Of a stretch of 64,000 nucleotides of DNA, positions 45,458-55,849 are shown piece after piece (positions within the stretch are counted from its first letter, which is position 1; each line of letters begins with the position of its first letter). The DNA is taken from IMG/VR virus record IMGVR_UViG_3300015366_000220; one strand, 5' to 3'. The notes below the pieces were generated by a model. That model did no database searches, had not been told where the DNA came from, and saw only the letters and a list, made by a program, of their open reading frames with translations. This DNA is from an uncultured virus (IMG/VR IMGVR_UViG_3300015366_000220) (lineage: Duplodnaviria; Heunggongvirae; Uroviricota; Caudoviricetes). Position numbers and translations under genes: made by a program.

Positions 45458-48400
45458 TCATGCGTGGTTATATAACCAGTTATATGCAGTAACACCATAT
45501 CCATCCGCAGGAGTACCTTCTTTATCTTTCGTTAGAACGTTTTCGCCTTCTTTACTATGTTCAAAATCATACCATCCAGCAGCATTGATTTGCCAGAAAA
45601 TTACCCCTGCCCCATAAGTATCTGCCCATGTTGTTATGTCGGTGATCCATTGAGATCCACTAGCACCAGGATAAGTAACTTCGCCTGTCTCTGTACATAC
45701 AAGTGGATAAGTCTGCATAATAGTTTGTACGGTAGGCCAATTTGCTGGCATTGACCATTGTGATCCTTGATTATCCCACCCGATTCCGGTTCCTGATGGA
45801 ACGCTGATTTGTAAACCTGTGCCACCTCCAGTGGAAGATTCTTGTACTAAGTTTCCGGTTGGTAGATGGTTTTGTAAGAACAATCCACGAGATTCATCAT
45901 CAGCAAATGAAATTCCAGTGACTACCCCACCAGATGAAATTGAATCGATTGTAGCAGTTGCTTTTTTAAGGCAAGCGTTACTTGGTCTTGCGAATTTGAC
46001 TGTATTACCTACTGCATAACCGTTTCCGCCAGCTGTAATGGTTGCTGCTTTAATTTTCTGTGTTGGTGGATATGGGTGCCACGCCACAGCAAGATTACTG
46101 GCTGAATCTGTGGGTATATTAGCCAATACGCCAGATAGATCATCATTCCATCCATTGCCACTCACCATGCATACATTGGTTGCTCCGGCTGCTCGTACCG
46201 CGTTCAACATTTCCTGCATACCAGCAATGCGCCATGTAGCATTTGCGTTGCTGATTGTGGCTGTGATGTTGAGGCTTAGACTTGAGTAAAATGTTGCGTA
46301 AGCACTGCGTAATTGGGATATCCCCGGATCGCTAGGATGTATAGGATCTATAGAACCTTGTGTAATATTTCCTAATGCATATCTATTTACGCCATTCATA
46401 ATCCATGGATTGGATGTAATGACTGCTGCTAATGCGGTGTTATAATTGACAGTATTACTACCATGTTGTAAATCAGCGGCATAGGGAATAGTATCCCAAA
46501 GTACTGTACGACCAAGAGCTTTTACTTTGTTTGATAATGTTAGAATGTTTGCACTCCATGCAGTTAATGCTCCTTGAGTACCATCGCCTGAATCATTGGT
46601 GCCCATTGCGAATTCAACAAACCGAGTAGGGAATAGTGTTAGTACTTCATCAATAAGTCCTAACCAATTACTGCAACTCCACCCTGGAATGCCACCATTG
46701 ACCATCAATGGATAGTCGCCAGCCGCCCATCCACCAGCGGCATTTGCAAGGTCTGGAAATGCGCTAGTAGCATTTCCTTGATTTTTGTATAATAAAGAAT
46801 TGGCACTTATCGAGTCACCTATAATCAGCACTGAGTTTGGTAGACCATAGGTTGAATCATATAGGTCGCACTTGATTTCAATATCAGAATTTCCTGCACT
46901 ACCTTCACTGGCGGTGAAATATATCTCCACCCACTTCCAGTCTCCGGTCATACTTACTGTGTGCATACGTTTGGTATATTTGTTTCCTGTGATAGTTTCT
47001 ATGGTATACCAACCACTTGTTGGACGTGCACCGGCTCCAGCTGTATTCACACGAATTTGATATGATCCAGGGCAGTTGTAGTATGTACCACCGCCCGTTA
47101 GGTCTGGTCTAAACCCATAAGTAGCATCCTGCATCCAGAATAGCGTTACGTTGCGCAATCCAGCACTTACTTTATCGCCAATATAAAACGAACAATATTG
47201 TCCGTTTACTGTTCCACTGCTGCGCCATCTATTATTATAGTTATTGCTTACCAAGTCAGCAGCAGTACCGCTTGAAACACTAGGTGCCTGAGATAGACTA
47301 CGTGAAATTAGCGTTGCGCCTTTGCGTCCTGCGGTACGATTTAAACTGCCAGTGGAGAATGATCCAGACCAATCTTTAAAATATACTTTACTGTTAGTTG
47401 GATCATAACCGATGACTGTAGCTGTAGTTCCGCCTTGTGTGATTGTATCGCCTGGCCACAAATTAACACCTGTGTAAGCCGATAAATCTACCATGTTAAT
47501 TTGTCTATATGTGCTATTATTACTATTTCCAATTGCTTGATCTACATAGCCGCCTTCCATGAGAGTGACAAATGGTGCGGTGATTTGATAACCATTGCCG
47601 GATACTGTACCACTGTTTCCAGTAGTGGTAAGCGTAGTTGGCGTGTTACTGATGATTGTTGATTGATCACCAGTTGTTGTGTTCTTGAGCGTCCCTCCTG
47701 CAAACTGATTAATTTTCCAGCTCTTGGTGTTATCGACCAATGTAGTACCACTACCACCTGTTGCAGTTCCAGTACGAGCTGGTTGTAACGTACCATTCTG
47801 CTGACCAAGGGTAGGTTCATTGAACAACTCAAACATCACTGACGTGTCGCCCTTAAAAGTATTTGCAACTGATGTCCAAAAAGGTATACTATTATCATAA
47901 TTAGCCATACAATCTTGTTGCATAGGTGCGATATTGGATGGACTAGTCCAATGTAAATCTAAAATTACAAAAGCACCATTTGATTTTGCTGCTGCGACTT
48001 GTGATATGATTGATGTGCGATAGTTCTGACCAGGATCACTGACGTGTAATTTACCATCAGTATCATATGTCCATGTGTTATTCCACGCAGCTTCGTTTAA
48101 TGGGATACGAACGCAATTGACCTTCCAGTCTGAATATACATGCGCAGGAGGACTATTTCCTCCAGATGGATCAGTTGGTGACCATCCCTGAATTGGTGCA
48201 TATTCATTACCTGCAATATTCCACCCACGCAATTGAATAGTTTGTCCAGAACTACTTACTAATTGATTTCCACTAACACTTATTGCAGCAGTAGTAACAA
48301 CTGGAGCATTTGTTGTTGCGCTTATGATATTAGAATCCGTGCTTCCATATGCGTTAGTGGTATGTATTCTAATATTATACGCAGTTGATGATGTTAATCC

Positions 48401-48931
48401 TGATAAAGTATATAATGTAGCACCTACTGTTATTGAAGATCCATATGTAGTCCAACTAGAATCGCTTGCTAATTTATACTGAACAGCCCAAGAAGTAGCA
48501 TTTGATCCACCAGATATCGTAAATGGTAAGGATGTTGAATTTGGACTTCCCGCTGTTAATGTAGGCGCAACTGGTGCCGATGTGTCTATTTGTGTTGCTG
48601 GTGATAATGTAGAACTATACACTGTATAGTATGTATTAGTGCATTTTATTCGTATGTCATACGTTGTGTTTTGTGATAAACTTGTTATTGTATAAGACTG
48701 ATCACCAACAGTTAATGTTGTTCCACCAGTACCCCAAGAACCTATAGAGGTTTTATATTGTAGTACCCAACCAGTTGCATTTGATCCACCAGAAATCGAA
48801 AATGTGATTGAATTGATGGTGCTAGATGTAAATGTTAATGTTGGGGCAGTTATAGCATTCGTTGGGTTCGAATGTTTTCTACCACCAGAAGTAGATAAGC
48901 TCCAAGATTTAGAATTTACATTTTTTGGCAT
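45458..48931 (-). CDS. Virion glycosidase: two Fn3-like domains plus GH5-like catalytic domain with nested SGNH hydrolase
   Basis: LRGWN, VRIPLNE, ILDLHW, FELFNEP, WHPY, TETG; inserted IGDSIS, GTND, DPIHP. Confidence 0.8.
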   Translation of the reverse strand: MPKNVNSKSWSLSTSGGRKHSNPTNAITAPTLTFTSSTINSITFSISGGSNATGWVLQYKTSIGSWGTGGTTLTVGDQSYTITSLSQNTTYDIRIKCTNTYYTVYSSTLSPATQIDTSAPVAPTLTAGSPNSTSLPFTISGGSNATSWAVQYKLASDSSWTTYGSSITVGATLYTLSGLTSSTAYNIRIHTTNAYGSTDSNIISATTNAPVVTTAAISVSGNQLVSSSGQTIQLRGWNIAGNEYAPIQGWSPTDPSGGNSPPAHVYSDWKVNCVRIPLNEAAWNNTWTYDTDGKLHVSDPGQNYRTSIISQVAAAKSNGAFVILDLHWTSPSNIAPMQQDCMANYDNSIPFWTSVANTFKGDTSVMFELFNEPTLGQQNGTLQPARTGTATGGSGTTLVDNTKSWKINQFAGGTLKNTTTGDQSTIISNTPTTLTTTGNSGTVSGNGYQITAPFVTLMEGGYVDQAIGNSNNSTYRQINMVDLSAYTGVNLWPGDTITQGGTTATVIGYDPTNSKVYFKDWSGSFSTGSLNRTAGRKGATLISRSLSQAPSVSSGTAADLVSNNYNNRWRSSGTVNGQYCSFYIGDKVSAGLRNVTLFWMQDATYGFRPDLTGGGTYYNCPGSYQIRVNTAGAGARPTSGWYTIETITGNKYTKRMHTVSMTGDWKWVEIYFTASEGSAGNSDIEIKCDLYDSTYGLPNSVLIIGDSISANSLLYKNQGNATSAFPDLANAAGGWAAGDYPLMVNGGIPGWSCSNWLGLIDEVLTLFPTRFVEFAMGTNDSGDGTQGALTAWSANILTLSNKVKALGRTVLWDTIPYAADLQHGSNTVNYNTALAAVITSNPWIMNGVNRYALGNITQGSIDPIHPSDPGISQLRSAYATFYSSLSLNITATISNANATWRIAGMQEMLNAVRAAGATNVCMVSGNGWNDDLSGVLANIPTDSASNLAVAWHPYPPTQKIKAATITAGGNGYAVGNTVKFARPSNACLKKATATIDSISSGGVVTGISFADDESRGLFLQNHLPTGNLVQESSTGGGTGLQISVPSGTGIGWDNQGSQWSMPANWPTVQTIMQTYPLVCTETGEVTYPGASGSQWITDITTWADTYGAGVIFWQINAAGWYDFEHSKEGENVLTKDKEGTPADGYGVTAYNWLYNHA

Positions 48932-48941
48932 AATATTAACC

Positions 48942-49376
48942 TTAGAATATTAGAGACAATGCTAATTCAGTCACTGTTCCGGATACAGCAGACACAGAAA
49001 CCCACACGAAACTATTTGCGGGTATTACATTGTTTGTAAATGATGTTGTAGTTGTTCCTGTGGTACTGGATGTCACGGTTATTCCTCCAGTGACAACTTC
49101 TGTTCCTGATGTTGATCTATCTGAGGCATATTTAATTGTAAATGTCACGCTTGGTGATGATGTTCCCACCAAAACAGAATGTATTTCTGTTAAATACAGA
49201 TCATATGATGTATGAAACATTGTAAATGTATCAGATGGGGTTGGTGTTGGGATTGTTATGGACTTTGTATTCTGGTTCTTTAATAACCATTTAGTACCAT
49301 TCCAATACCATGTGTGCATCCCATAAGAAAATGATTGATTTGTATTAGGTGATGATGGAAATGTTATTGATGTCAT
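48942..49376 (-). CDS. Small tail-associated protein with shared N-terminal FP..P..W.WNG..W motif
   Basis: MTSITFPSSPNTNQSFSYGMHTWYWNGTKW resembles the N-termini of 53169-55733 and 55846-57585. Confidence 0.65.
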   Translation of the reverse strand: MTSITFPSSPNTNQSFSYGMHTWYWNGTKWLLKNQNTKSITIPTPTPSDTFTMFHTSYDLYLTEIHSVLVGTSSPSVTFTIKYASDRSTSGTEVVTGGITVTSSTTGTTTTSFTNNVIPANSFVWVSVSAVSGTVTELALSLIF

Positions 49377-49396
49377 TTAATTACTCCGTGATTACA

Positions 49397-51160
49397 TTAT
49401 TTATATAAAGATATGGCGTATAGGTAATTCCATTTAAATATATCACTGGTAGTCATCCCCATATGGTTACTATCATTCCATACTCCAGCAATCCTTCCTC
49501 TGGAATTCAATCCTACTGGGTTTTCTGGTGGTTTATCGGAATCGAATAGCACCATTAGCTGCATTGGTATATTATTTTGATTTATCGATGTACTTAATGA
49601 ATAATAACTAGTGGATCCACTAGCAAGTGCGGTTAAATTGCTATTAATGACAGATACTCCTCTGCATCTCCCCGTCCATATTGCCGAATATGTCAACGGA
49701 TTACTCTGTTGTGGTGAATATTCATTCAATCCAGCATAACCATATGGGTAAGATGCTATTCGCATATCACTCACATTTATAGTAGAATCGGTATGGGCAA
49801 ATGGTTCGAAAATAAATCTGTTACTTTGCTCCGTCCATCCACCATGAACAATTACTTGCGCATCTTGAACGATATCGACATCGGAGTTTGGTCCAAAATT
49901 TGTGTCGTATGATCTGGCTCCACCCCTCATCATGCGTATACCTTGTGCACCTAAACCAAATCCACAATTTCTTATTTCTATATTAACTGCATTCCAGTTA
50001 TCTATTTCTATTCCAGCTGCGCCTTTATGTGGATCACCTAATCCATAATCACCAAGTGATGATAATGCTGTCCAAGTTCCACCAGAAGTTCCTCCTGCTG
50101 TACAATACCACCCAACCGGAGATCCATATCCACCAGCAGCAGTCCAATTTAAAATATGTTGTCCGGTGTGCCATGTTCCGGTTGTTGGTGCGGATGTAAT
50201 ACCATTTGGCGGACCATCAATCCATATAGAATAATTATTATAATCATTAACTGATTGTCTACCCGCACCAGTATCATCATAAAAATTCCAATTATTTGTG
50301 TTGTTGGTGAATGGGTATGAATTGATATCTTCATTGGTTATAACAGTTGCAACAGTAAATTTAGCTTTGTTGGCATAGCTTGCTGCATAATTGGTATCAG
50401 CTAATGATTGATTTATTGCTGCTTGTATTGCATGTATTGTAAGTGTTTCTCCAACGGCATAACTTCTACCATTACTGGTGATTGTTGCTGATGTCACTAT
50501 ACCACCAGACACGATAAGTTTTGCTCTGGCGAAGCTACCAGCTGCTGTGATAGAATCCAATACAACATCATTGTATGTCCCATTAGGAAGTCCGACTCCA
50601 GCAGTATTGATTGTGACTGTTTTTAATCCCCTACGATGATCACCTGAATAAGGTGTGCATAGATAAAATCTATGCTCACTATTGTTGATGCTACCAGTTA
50701 ATCGTATTCCAGCTCCACCATCAGCTGCCCAATTCACATAAACCTTTTCATAATTCCAAGCCGCATTAGAATGATTGTTTTCTCCACTAACCCAAGATAC
50801 GTGTGTATTGATTCCATACTTGCATGATTGACGTAGATTTATAGTAATACCGAAATTAGGATCGCCCCAGTGTGATGCATTGTAACACCCAACAAATTTA
50901 AATAATGGTTGATCTGTTGGTAGTCCAGTGTAATTTAATTCTGGTCCTTGCCCTTGATCTACTTTATTTGGTTCAGAACTTCTTATGCTAAATTGTCCTA
51001 ATCCAGTAAACACTTGTGGAGTTTGTATATTGAATTTACCATTGATAACTGCCGTTTTTCCATAGGCAGCAGCTTGCTGTAATAGATATGCAAATGCTGC
51101 GCCGTTATCAGCAACCGATTCGCTCATTCCAACCGATGTTGCTAAAATTATATCACTCAT
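49397..51160 (-). CDS. Tailspike-like beta-helix protein (587 aa)
   Basis: DNGAAF..LL cap helix; Gly/Asn/Thr-rich; APTTGTW..G...GWYCT module. Confidence 0.65.
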   Translation of the reverse strand: MSDIILATSVGMSESVADNGAAFAYLLQQAAAYGKTAVINGKFNIQTPQVFTGLGQFSIRSSEPNKVDQGQGPELNYTGLPTDQPLFKFVGCYNASHWGDPNFGITINLRQSCKYGINTHVSWVSGENNHSNAAWNYEKVYVNWAADGGAGIRLTGSINNSEHRFYLCTPYSGDHRRGLKTVTINTAGVGLPNGTYNDVVLDSITAAGSFARAKLIVSGGIVTSATITSNGRSYAVGETLTIHAIQAAINQSLADTNYAASYANKAKFTVATVITNEDINSYPFTNNTNNWNFYDDTGAGRQSVNDYNNYSIWIDGPPNGITSAPTTGTWHTGQHILNWTAAGGYGSPVGWYCTAGGTSGGTWTALSSLGDYGLGDPHKGAAGIEIDNWNAVNIEIRNCGFGLGAQGIRMMRGGARSYDTNFGPNSDVDIVQDAQVIVHGGWTEQSNRFIFEPFAHTDSTINVSDMRIASYPYGYAGLNEYSPQQSNPLTYSAIWTGRCRGVSVINSNLTALASGSTSYYSLSTSINQNNIPMQLMVLFDSDKPPENPVGLNSRGRIAGVWNDSNHMGMTTSDIFKWNYLYAISLYK

Positions 51161-53157
51161 ATTACCGTTCCCCCATTTACGAAATTGGTAGAACCAAGTT
51201 CGGAAAAGTTTCTTATTGCCCCAATACCAGACACTCTAATTGCTCTTGGTGCAGTACAAACCGAATTGCCATATGACATTGCTACCAATGGTGCGTTTAC
51301 ATGGCTTGATACCACTTTACAGAATGCATCTGTTGTGTTTTGTGGTGATGTATAATCAGACTCCTCATCTATACCATCAATCACAATACTATCCGAGCAA
51401 TCCTTTAATAATACTGCGTAAGGAGAATAACTTGTTCTTATGTATGTATCTCTTATACGAATTATACCAGTGACATTATTAAAATCTAAGTATCCTTGAT
51501 CAGAAACTTGCATAGTCTGACTTGTGTATGTGCCGCCAATAGAAACCTGCCAGCTATTGACAGAACCACTTACGATAGAACCCAAACTAACAATACCACC
51601 ATATCCACCATTTACATATATGGTCATCCCCACAGTTAAATATGGACTACCAGTAGTTGTTAGTGTCGTACCGGAGCATGATGCTGTTACTGTATAGGTT
51701 ATATTTGGTATATACATTCTAAGTGGTGTTCCCGATGATCCATATGTTCCACCAATACTTACTTGATAAGAACTTCCTGACCCACTTACAATTCTTCCTA
51801 ATGCATTACCAGACGCATCTAAAAGCATTTCACCTAATTTCATATTACCTGATCCAGCAGTAATAGTCACCGTTGTGCCGGAGCAATATCCGAGAACAGG
51901 AACCCATGTATTGATTGCTCCCTCTGCCCATAGAACAGGAGAACTATGATCCCATGTGGCTAGATCACAATTAGTAAATCTTGTCCAGCTCATATCATGG
52001 AAATTATAATTCCAATTACTAATCCCGTATGATGTTCCATATGATGCTGTTGGTGTGCCACCTAACCCACGAACACAGCCAGTAAGTATTTGTGGTGTTA
52101 ATGTAAATGATTGCGCTGAATTCTTAGTCACCAAATCAATTACTGATGTTGGAGCATTCAATGCTATGTAATTTGATGTTGTTAATTTTAATGTATTACT
52201 ATCAATTACTACCACATAATAAATAGTTCCATTAGTAAGTTCGCTAATTGCAGTTCCTGTGTATTTAACAGCGTATCCAGTCTGCAATCCATGACTATTC
52301 CATACAATAGAATTTGTCGTTAAATTAACGTTGGTATCTGATGCTAATATAGACGGGCTACTTGCTGCTTTCCCAGTATAAGATATGCGTTCAACTGTAT
52401 ACGCATTAGCGGCACCGCTTATCATATCAAATACACCAGAAGTAGTAGTGAAAACTGAAGCATTTGCTACTGGGAATGTAGTTTGGCTTGATGTTATTCC
52501 ACTTGATCCAGTAGCAGTAGTGGTTGCAACATATTGTAATCCGTAGCTTGGTGTCGCAAATTTACTTTGCATGGAAGCATTCCAGCTATTCTTCGATGTC
52601 AAATAAACATTGAGACCACTATCCGTGGACATTCCACATCTATCAAAAATCCAACCTTCACCACCAAAATTATATATTCCTGCATATTGGAATTTGCCTG
52701 TTATTATAACGCCAACAAATCTATTATCCCATCCTGCATAATCTCCACCCCAAGGCTGGATAGTTCTTTGGTGGAATATTGCGCATCTTGGTATTGACCC
52801 AGCTGTGGAATTTCCACTGATGGTGATACCATTAAAAATAATATTGCTACTACCAGAAAGATCAATTCCTTGGGATGTTGATCCCGAAACAAAAAGGTTA
52901 GAAATTCCGGATTGGTATGCATTTTTCCTATTCATTGAGAAAAATTGCAATCCATCACCGGATGCTGCGCCTGTAATATTTGTTATGTTCAGGTCAGTGA
53001 TTCTATGATTACCCAAATAGATATTTCGTATACCCGACGCTAATGCTGTATCTATGCATGTTTGTATAGCAGCAGTATCATCAGTGCCGAGGTTACTTAC
53101 CCCATTACAATCTCCAACTGCGCCAAACTCAAATGGTGTTAAATATGGTGTTATCAT
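51157..53157 (-). CDS. Tailspike-like beta-helix protein (666 aa)
   Basis: TPFEFGAVGD...DDTAAIQ pectate-lyase-3-type N-cap. Confidence 0.72.
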   Translation of the reverse strand: MITPYLTPFEFGAVGDCNGVSNLGTDDTAAIQTCIDTALASGIRNIYLGNHRITDLNITNITGAASGDGLQFFSMNRKNAYQSGISNLFVSGSTSQGIDLSGSSNIIFNGITISGNSTAGSIPRCAIFHQRTIQPWGGDYAGWDNRFVGVIITGKFQYAGIYNFGGEGWIFDRCGMSTDSGLNVYLTSKNSWNASMQSKFATPSYGLQYVATTTATGSSGITSSQTTFPVANASVFTTTSGVFDMISGAANAYTVERISYTGKAASSPSILASDTNVNLTTNSIVWNSHGLQTGYAVKYTGTAISELTNGTIYYVVVIDSNTLKLTTSNYIALNAPTSVIDLVTKNSAQSFTLTPQILTGCVRGLGGTPTASYGTSYGISNWNYNFHDMSWTRFTNCDLATWDHSSPVLWAEGAINTWVPVLGYCSGTTVTITAGSGNMKLGEMLLDASGNALGRIVSGSGSSYQVSIGGTYGSSGTPLRMYIPNITYTVTASCSGTTLTTTGSPYLTVGMTIYVNGGYGGIVSLGSIVSGSVNSWQVSIGGTYTSQTMQVSDQGYLDFNNVTGIIRIRDTYIRTSYSPYAVLLKDCSDSIVIDGIDEESDYTSPQNTTDAFCKVVSSHVNAPLVAMSYGNSVCTAPRAIRVSGIGAIRNFSELGSTNFVNGGTVI

Positions 53158-53168
53158 TTATTTTATCC

Positions 53169-55733
53169 TTAGTACCACGAAGTTCCCGGTGGAGATGCTG
53201 CTATACATCCCTTGTTGTCTCTTACTAACCAGTATGGATTTCCCGTGCCATTATATAGGGACACAACGTCAATATAAGAATTACTTGGTATAGCGTACCC
53301 CTTTATCATTGTATTGATATTGTTCGTAGTAGGATCATATGTTGATCGCGCATATGGTTCAACAAAATAAATTGTTGATGGAGTAGAAGACCACAAATAT
53401 AATGTAAATGCACTTGCGTTATATATTCTATATGCTAATCCATTATTTGTGGATGTTGATAGTGCAGGGAGACTCCAGTTACCATCTGCGGTTCCTGTAT
53501 ATATCAGATTTCCTATTTGACTGGTTGTTAATGATACTGTTGCAGTAGTGTCGGCGGAAACGGGTTCACTGCTAGACGAAGAACCACCGCCAGCACCAAG
53601 ATCACCTTCACTCACCCAAGTCGAACCACCGCCAGTTGATGCTGTGCATATCCATCCTTTTGGTTGTCCATTTGCTGGTGTATCATTTAATACTCTACTA
53701 CCAACTTTCCATCCACCATTGGATGGTGGTGAGCTGGCATACAATATAGTCTTACCATCCAATGATATGGATTTAATTGATGTCTGATTTGGTGTACCGA
53801 TATTACCCGCAACAAATGAGCAATCACCGATTTTAAATGATGGTACCAATGAACATAATACACCAACTTTCATTGTTCCTGTCTGTGAAGGAATTACTGT
53901 CTGTGTTACAAAATGTATTCCCGTTGATGCATATACTCTCTGATATACTATTGGTTGTGTAACACCAGCACCGGATAATAATGGGGCAACATAGGCAGAA
54001 GAAGAACCAGTTAAGACATCAAGATAACATGAGAAGGTAAACGGCTTACCTACCATTGATGATGTTATTGTGAAGTTCTGATATATTTCATTATATGAGT
54101 TATTCGACCAAACAATAGTAGCAGCTTTGCCAAATGAGAAATAAGATGGATCAAACGATGAAGATGAAATTGTACCAGTAACATTCCATCCATATAATCC
54201 AGCTTCAAATGATGGATTGATTAAAGAATTACTGCTGACTAACTGTGGTGTTGATGATCTTCTATTAGTTGTATCAATGTAGTCGGTTGCTCGCATGAAC
54301 ACTTGTTCAATAATTATATTCCCTGCTGAATTGGTTGGGATAACATTTGCCCCAATTGACGAAATGAGTTTTTTGATTCTCACTGAAGACAGTGCATCAA
54401 CATTTAAATGTGAAGAGAATGAATAACTACTAGACCAATCTTGTGTCATAAACACATCAAATATGACTTCACCACAACGATATATGTATGTGTTTTGTGT
54501 TATACCGGAATTCTCAAGATATCCTTTGAATTGTGCATGATTAACGGATTGTAATACAATGGCATTACCATTATATACTCCACCATTATTTGCATCCGGC
54601 ATTTCTAACCAAATATTTTCTATAACAACTTCTTCACACACGTTGCATTTTATGGCAGGTTTAATTGAATTACATGCGCCTTCTATCAGAATGTTGTATA
54701 GTATGTTTCCATTAGAAGCTGCACCCATAGACCCCATAGGACCTAAAGCAAATGCGTCTATTAGTATAATTGCGTTCGTAGTTGTCCCAGCTGTACCACC
54801 ATCATCTTTATCGATATTTGATATGTAATTTCTATTTCCGGATAGATGTAGCATTTGCTCAACTGATCCATTCCTTACTAATACGTGATCTATTATGCAT
54901 GATTGAGTATATGTCGCAAGGGATAATCCATATTTACTATCCAAGTAAATGTCTCTTATCTCGCTTTCCCCAAGATATCCACATGTAGTTTTGATTGCCC
55001 ATGCATCAGACAACAATTCGTAAGGGGGATTTTTCGCCGTCTGTAATCCTATGTTTTTAATAGATACTGAACTAACACCGGGGAACATCCTAGTAACAGT
55101 ACCTGTACCAAAAGTAGTAACATCTAAATTAGGTGCAAGCGTAAAGGTATCACCTACTTGAGGTGTACCGCCATTCCAAGATCCAGTATTGACGCTGACA
55201 CTATTTCCATTCCAACCAGTGATTGTGGCTAGGGTGTTCCATTGTTGAGTTGTTGTGCTTCCCAATGATGTAATTATAAAATTTGGTGATGCACCTTGAG
55301 CCGATGTGGGAATAGCATTAACTGTATATGATACAGTATGATCAATGGCTGGACATAATTTGATAAGTTGCTTGATATTTACATTATTGGTGAATATTAA
55401 GCTACTAAGACCTTCGCCATATAGATTCTGACCACTACTAACCCAAAGAGATGAACTTATTAAATATTTCCCTCTAGGAAAGAATATATTGACACTTACA
55501 TCAGTCCATACCCCACTACTATAATATGTCCTAAAGTCATCAAGACATGCATTTATAGCAGCTGTGTCATCCGTAACACCATCACCTCTAGCCCCATAAT
55601 CCTTTACTGATATGAAAATTGGATTGGTTCCAATATTTGCACTTACCCAAGATGCACCATTCCATTTCCACGAATTACTTCCTGATGTATAAGTTTGCCC
55701 TAATGATGGGCTTGCTGGAAAGTTTATTGACAT
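53169..55733 (-). CDS. Tailspike/depolymerase (854 aa)
   Basis: SVKDYGARGDGVTDDTAAIN, FFPRGKYLIS; later NPSFEAG CBM-like segment; TATAAATA upstream. Confidence 0.8.
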   Translation of the reverse strand: MSINFPASPSLGQTYTSGSNSWKWNGASWVSANIGTNPIFISVKDYGARGDGVTDDTAAINACLDDFRTYYSSGVWTDVSVNIFFPRGKYLISSSLWVSSGQNLYGEGLSSLIFTNNVNIKQLIKLCPAIDHTVSYTVNAIPTSAQGASPNFIITSLGSTTTQQWNTLATITGWNGNSVSVNTGSWNGGTPQVGDTFTLAPNLDVTTFGTGTVTRMFPGVSSVSIKNIGLQTAKNPPYELLSDAWAIKTTCGYLGESEIRDIYLDSKYGLSLATYTQSCIIDHVLVRNGSVEQMLHLSGNRNYISNIDKDDGGTAGTTTNAIILIDAFALGPMGSMGAASNGNILYNILIEGACNSIKPAIKCNVCEEVVIENIWLEMPDANNGGVYNGNAIVLQSVNHAQFKGYLENSGITQNTYIYRCGEVIFDVFMTQDWSSSYSFSSHLNVDALSSVRIKKLISSIGANVIPTNSAGNIIIEQVFMRATDYIDTTNRRSSTPQLVSSNSLINPSFEAGLYGWNVTGTISSSSFDPSYFSFGKAATIVWSNNSYNEIYQNFTITSSMVGKPFTFSCYLDVLTGSSSAYVAPLLSGAGVTQPIVYQRVYASTGIHFVTQTVIPSQTGTMKVGVLCSLVPSFKIGDCSFVAGNIGTPNQTSIKSISLDGKTILYASSPPSNGGWKVGSRVLNDTPANGQPKGWICTASTGGGSTWVSEGDLGAGGGSSSSSEPVSADTTATVSLTTSQIGNLIYTGTADGNWSLPALSTSTNNGLAYRIYNASAFTLYLWSSTPSTIYFVEPYARSTYDPTTNNINTMIKGYAIPSNSYIDVVSLYNGTGNPYWLVRDNKGCIAASPPGTSWY

Positions 55734-55777
55734 GCTAACATCTCTTTATATTTTATAATATTTATATAAGAAAAAAC

Positions 55778-55849
55778 TTGACAACAAATATATCCATCTG
55801 TATAATAGACTATGTTGCCGTTAATGAATAATATTAATTAATATATTAA
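55778..55849 (+). promoter_or_regulatory. Perfect-consensus antisense sigma70 promoter plus 56-bp repeat, copy 2
   Basis: TTGACA(55778)-17-TATAAT(55801); 55794-55849 is identical to 17790-17845. Confidence 0.8.

Noticed and set aside
17790..55849. 56-bp direct repeats as prophage att sites, IS ends or CRISPR repeats
   Set aside because: Only two copies, no spacer array, no integrase or transposase in the window, and phage core genes continue on both sides
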